Of a stretch of DNA of 64,000 nucleotides, positions 63,989 through 64,000 are shown in pieces. Source of the stretch: Bacteroidia bacterium (GTDB taxonomy: Bacteria; Bacteroidota; Bacteroidia; JADZBD01). Every line of letters starts with the position of its first letter. Within the stretch, counting starts at the first letter, position 1. The notes beneath the pieces were generated by a model, which had not been told where the DNA came from, did not search any database, and was given only the letters and a program-made list of their open reading frames with translations. Both the position numbers and the translations under genes were made by a program. The stretch covers positions 129,456-193,455 of the forward strand of contig JADZBD010000007.1 in NCBI GenBank assembly GCA_020852255.1. The letters are read 5' to 3'.

Positions 63989-64000
63989 TTCCCGAATGTA

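Overview
The 64 kb window reads as a compact Bacteroidetes (Bacteroidota) chromosomal segment. Supporting signs are two T9SS C-terminal sorting domains, a long-form NusB, DUF1573/DUF3276/DUF2007 proteins, frequent ATGA/GTGA start-stop overlaps and no Shine-Dalgarno motifs. No rRNA, CRISPR array, transposase or integrase was found. Most of the window is housekeeping: uvrB-dinB, rlmD, tyrA, pyrC-like, guaA, prfC, coaE, nnr, nusB, yajC, grpE-dnaJ, ppx, several ABC transporters, a thiolase, one tRNA-Pro(GGG) and a LOG-family protein. A TPP riboswitch controls a long thiamin operon (thiS-thiC-thiE'-thiD-thiE-thiG-thiH). The ThiF position in that operon is filled by an unrecognisable 189-aa ORF coupled to thiH. 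The most unusual locus is a tightly coupled three-gene module on the minus strand (53930..58316). It encodes an 889-aa SMC/Rad50-like coiled-coil ABC ATPase followed by all-helical 397-aa and 177-aa proteins of unknown function. The sizes resemble a MksB/MksF/MksE or JetC/JetA/JetB condensin-like set, but the gene order is inverted (ATPase first) and there is no Toprim or nuclease partner. This is the best candidate for an undescribed SMC-based system. Other notable items are a Tat-Rieske/DUF1111 di-haem cytochrome/porin operon, a GH3(NagZ)-beta-lactamase-fold fusion, a low-GC islet carrying a TPR-PP2C phosphatase sensor, and a G8T7 homopolymer in the promoter of a T9SS cargo gene.
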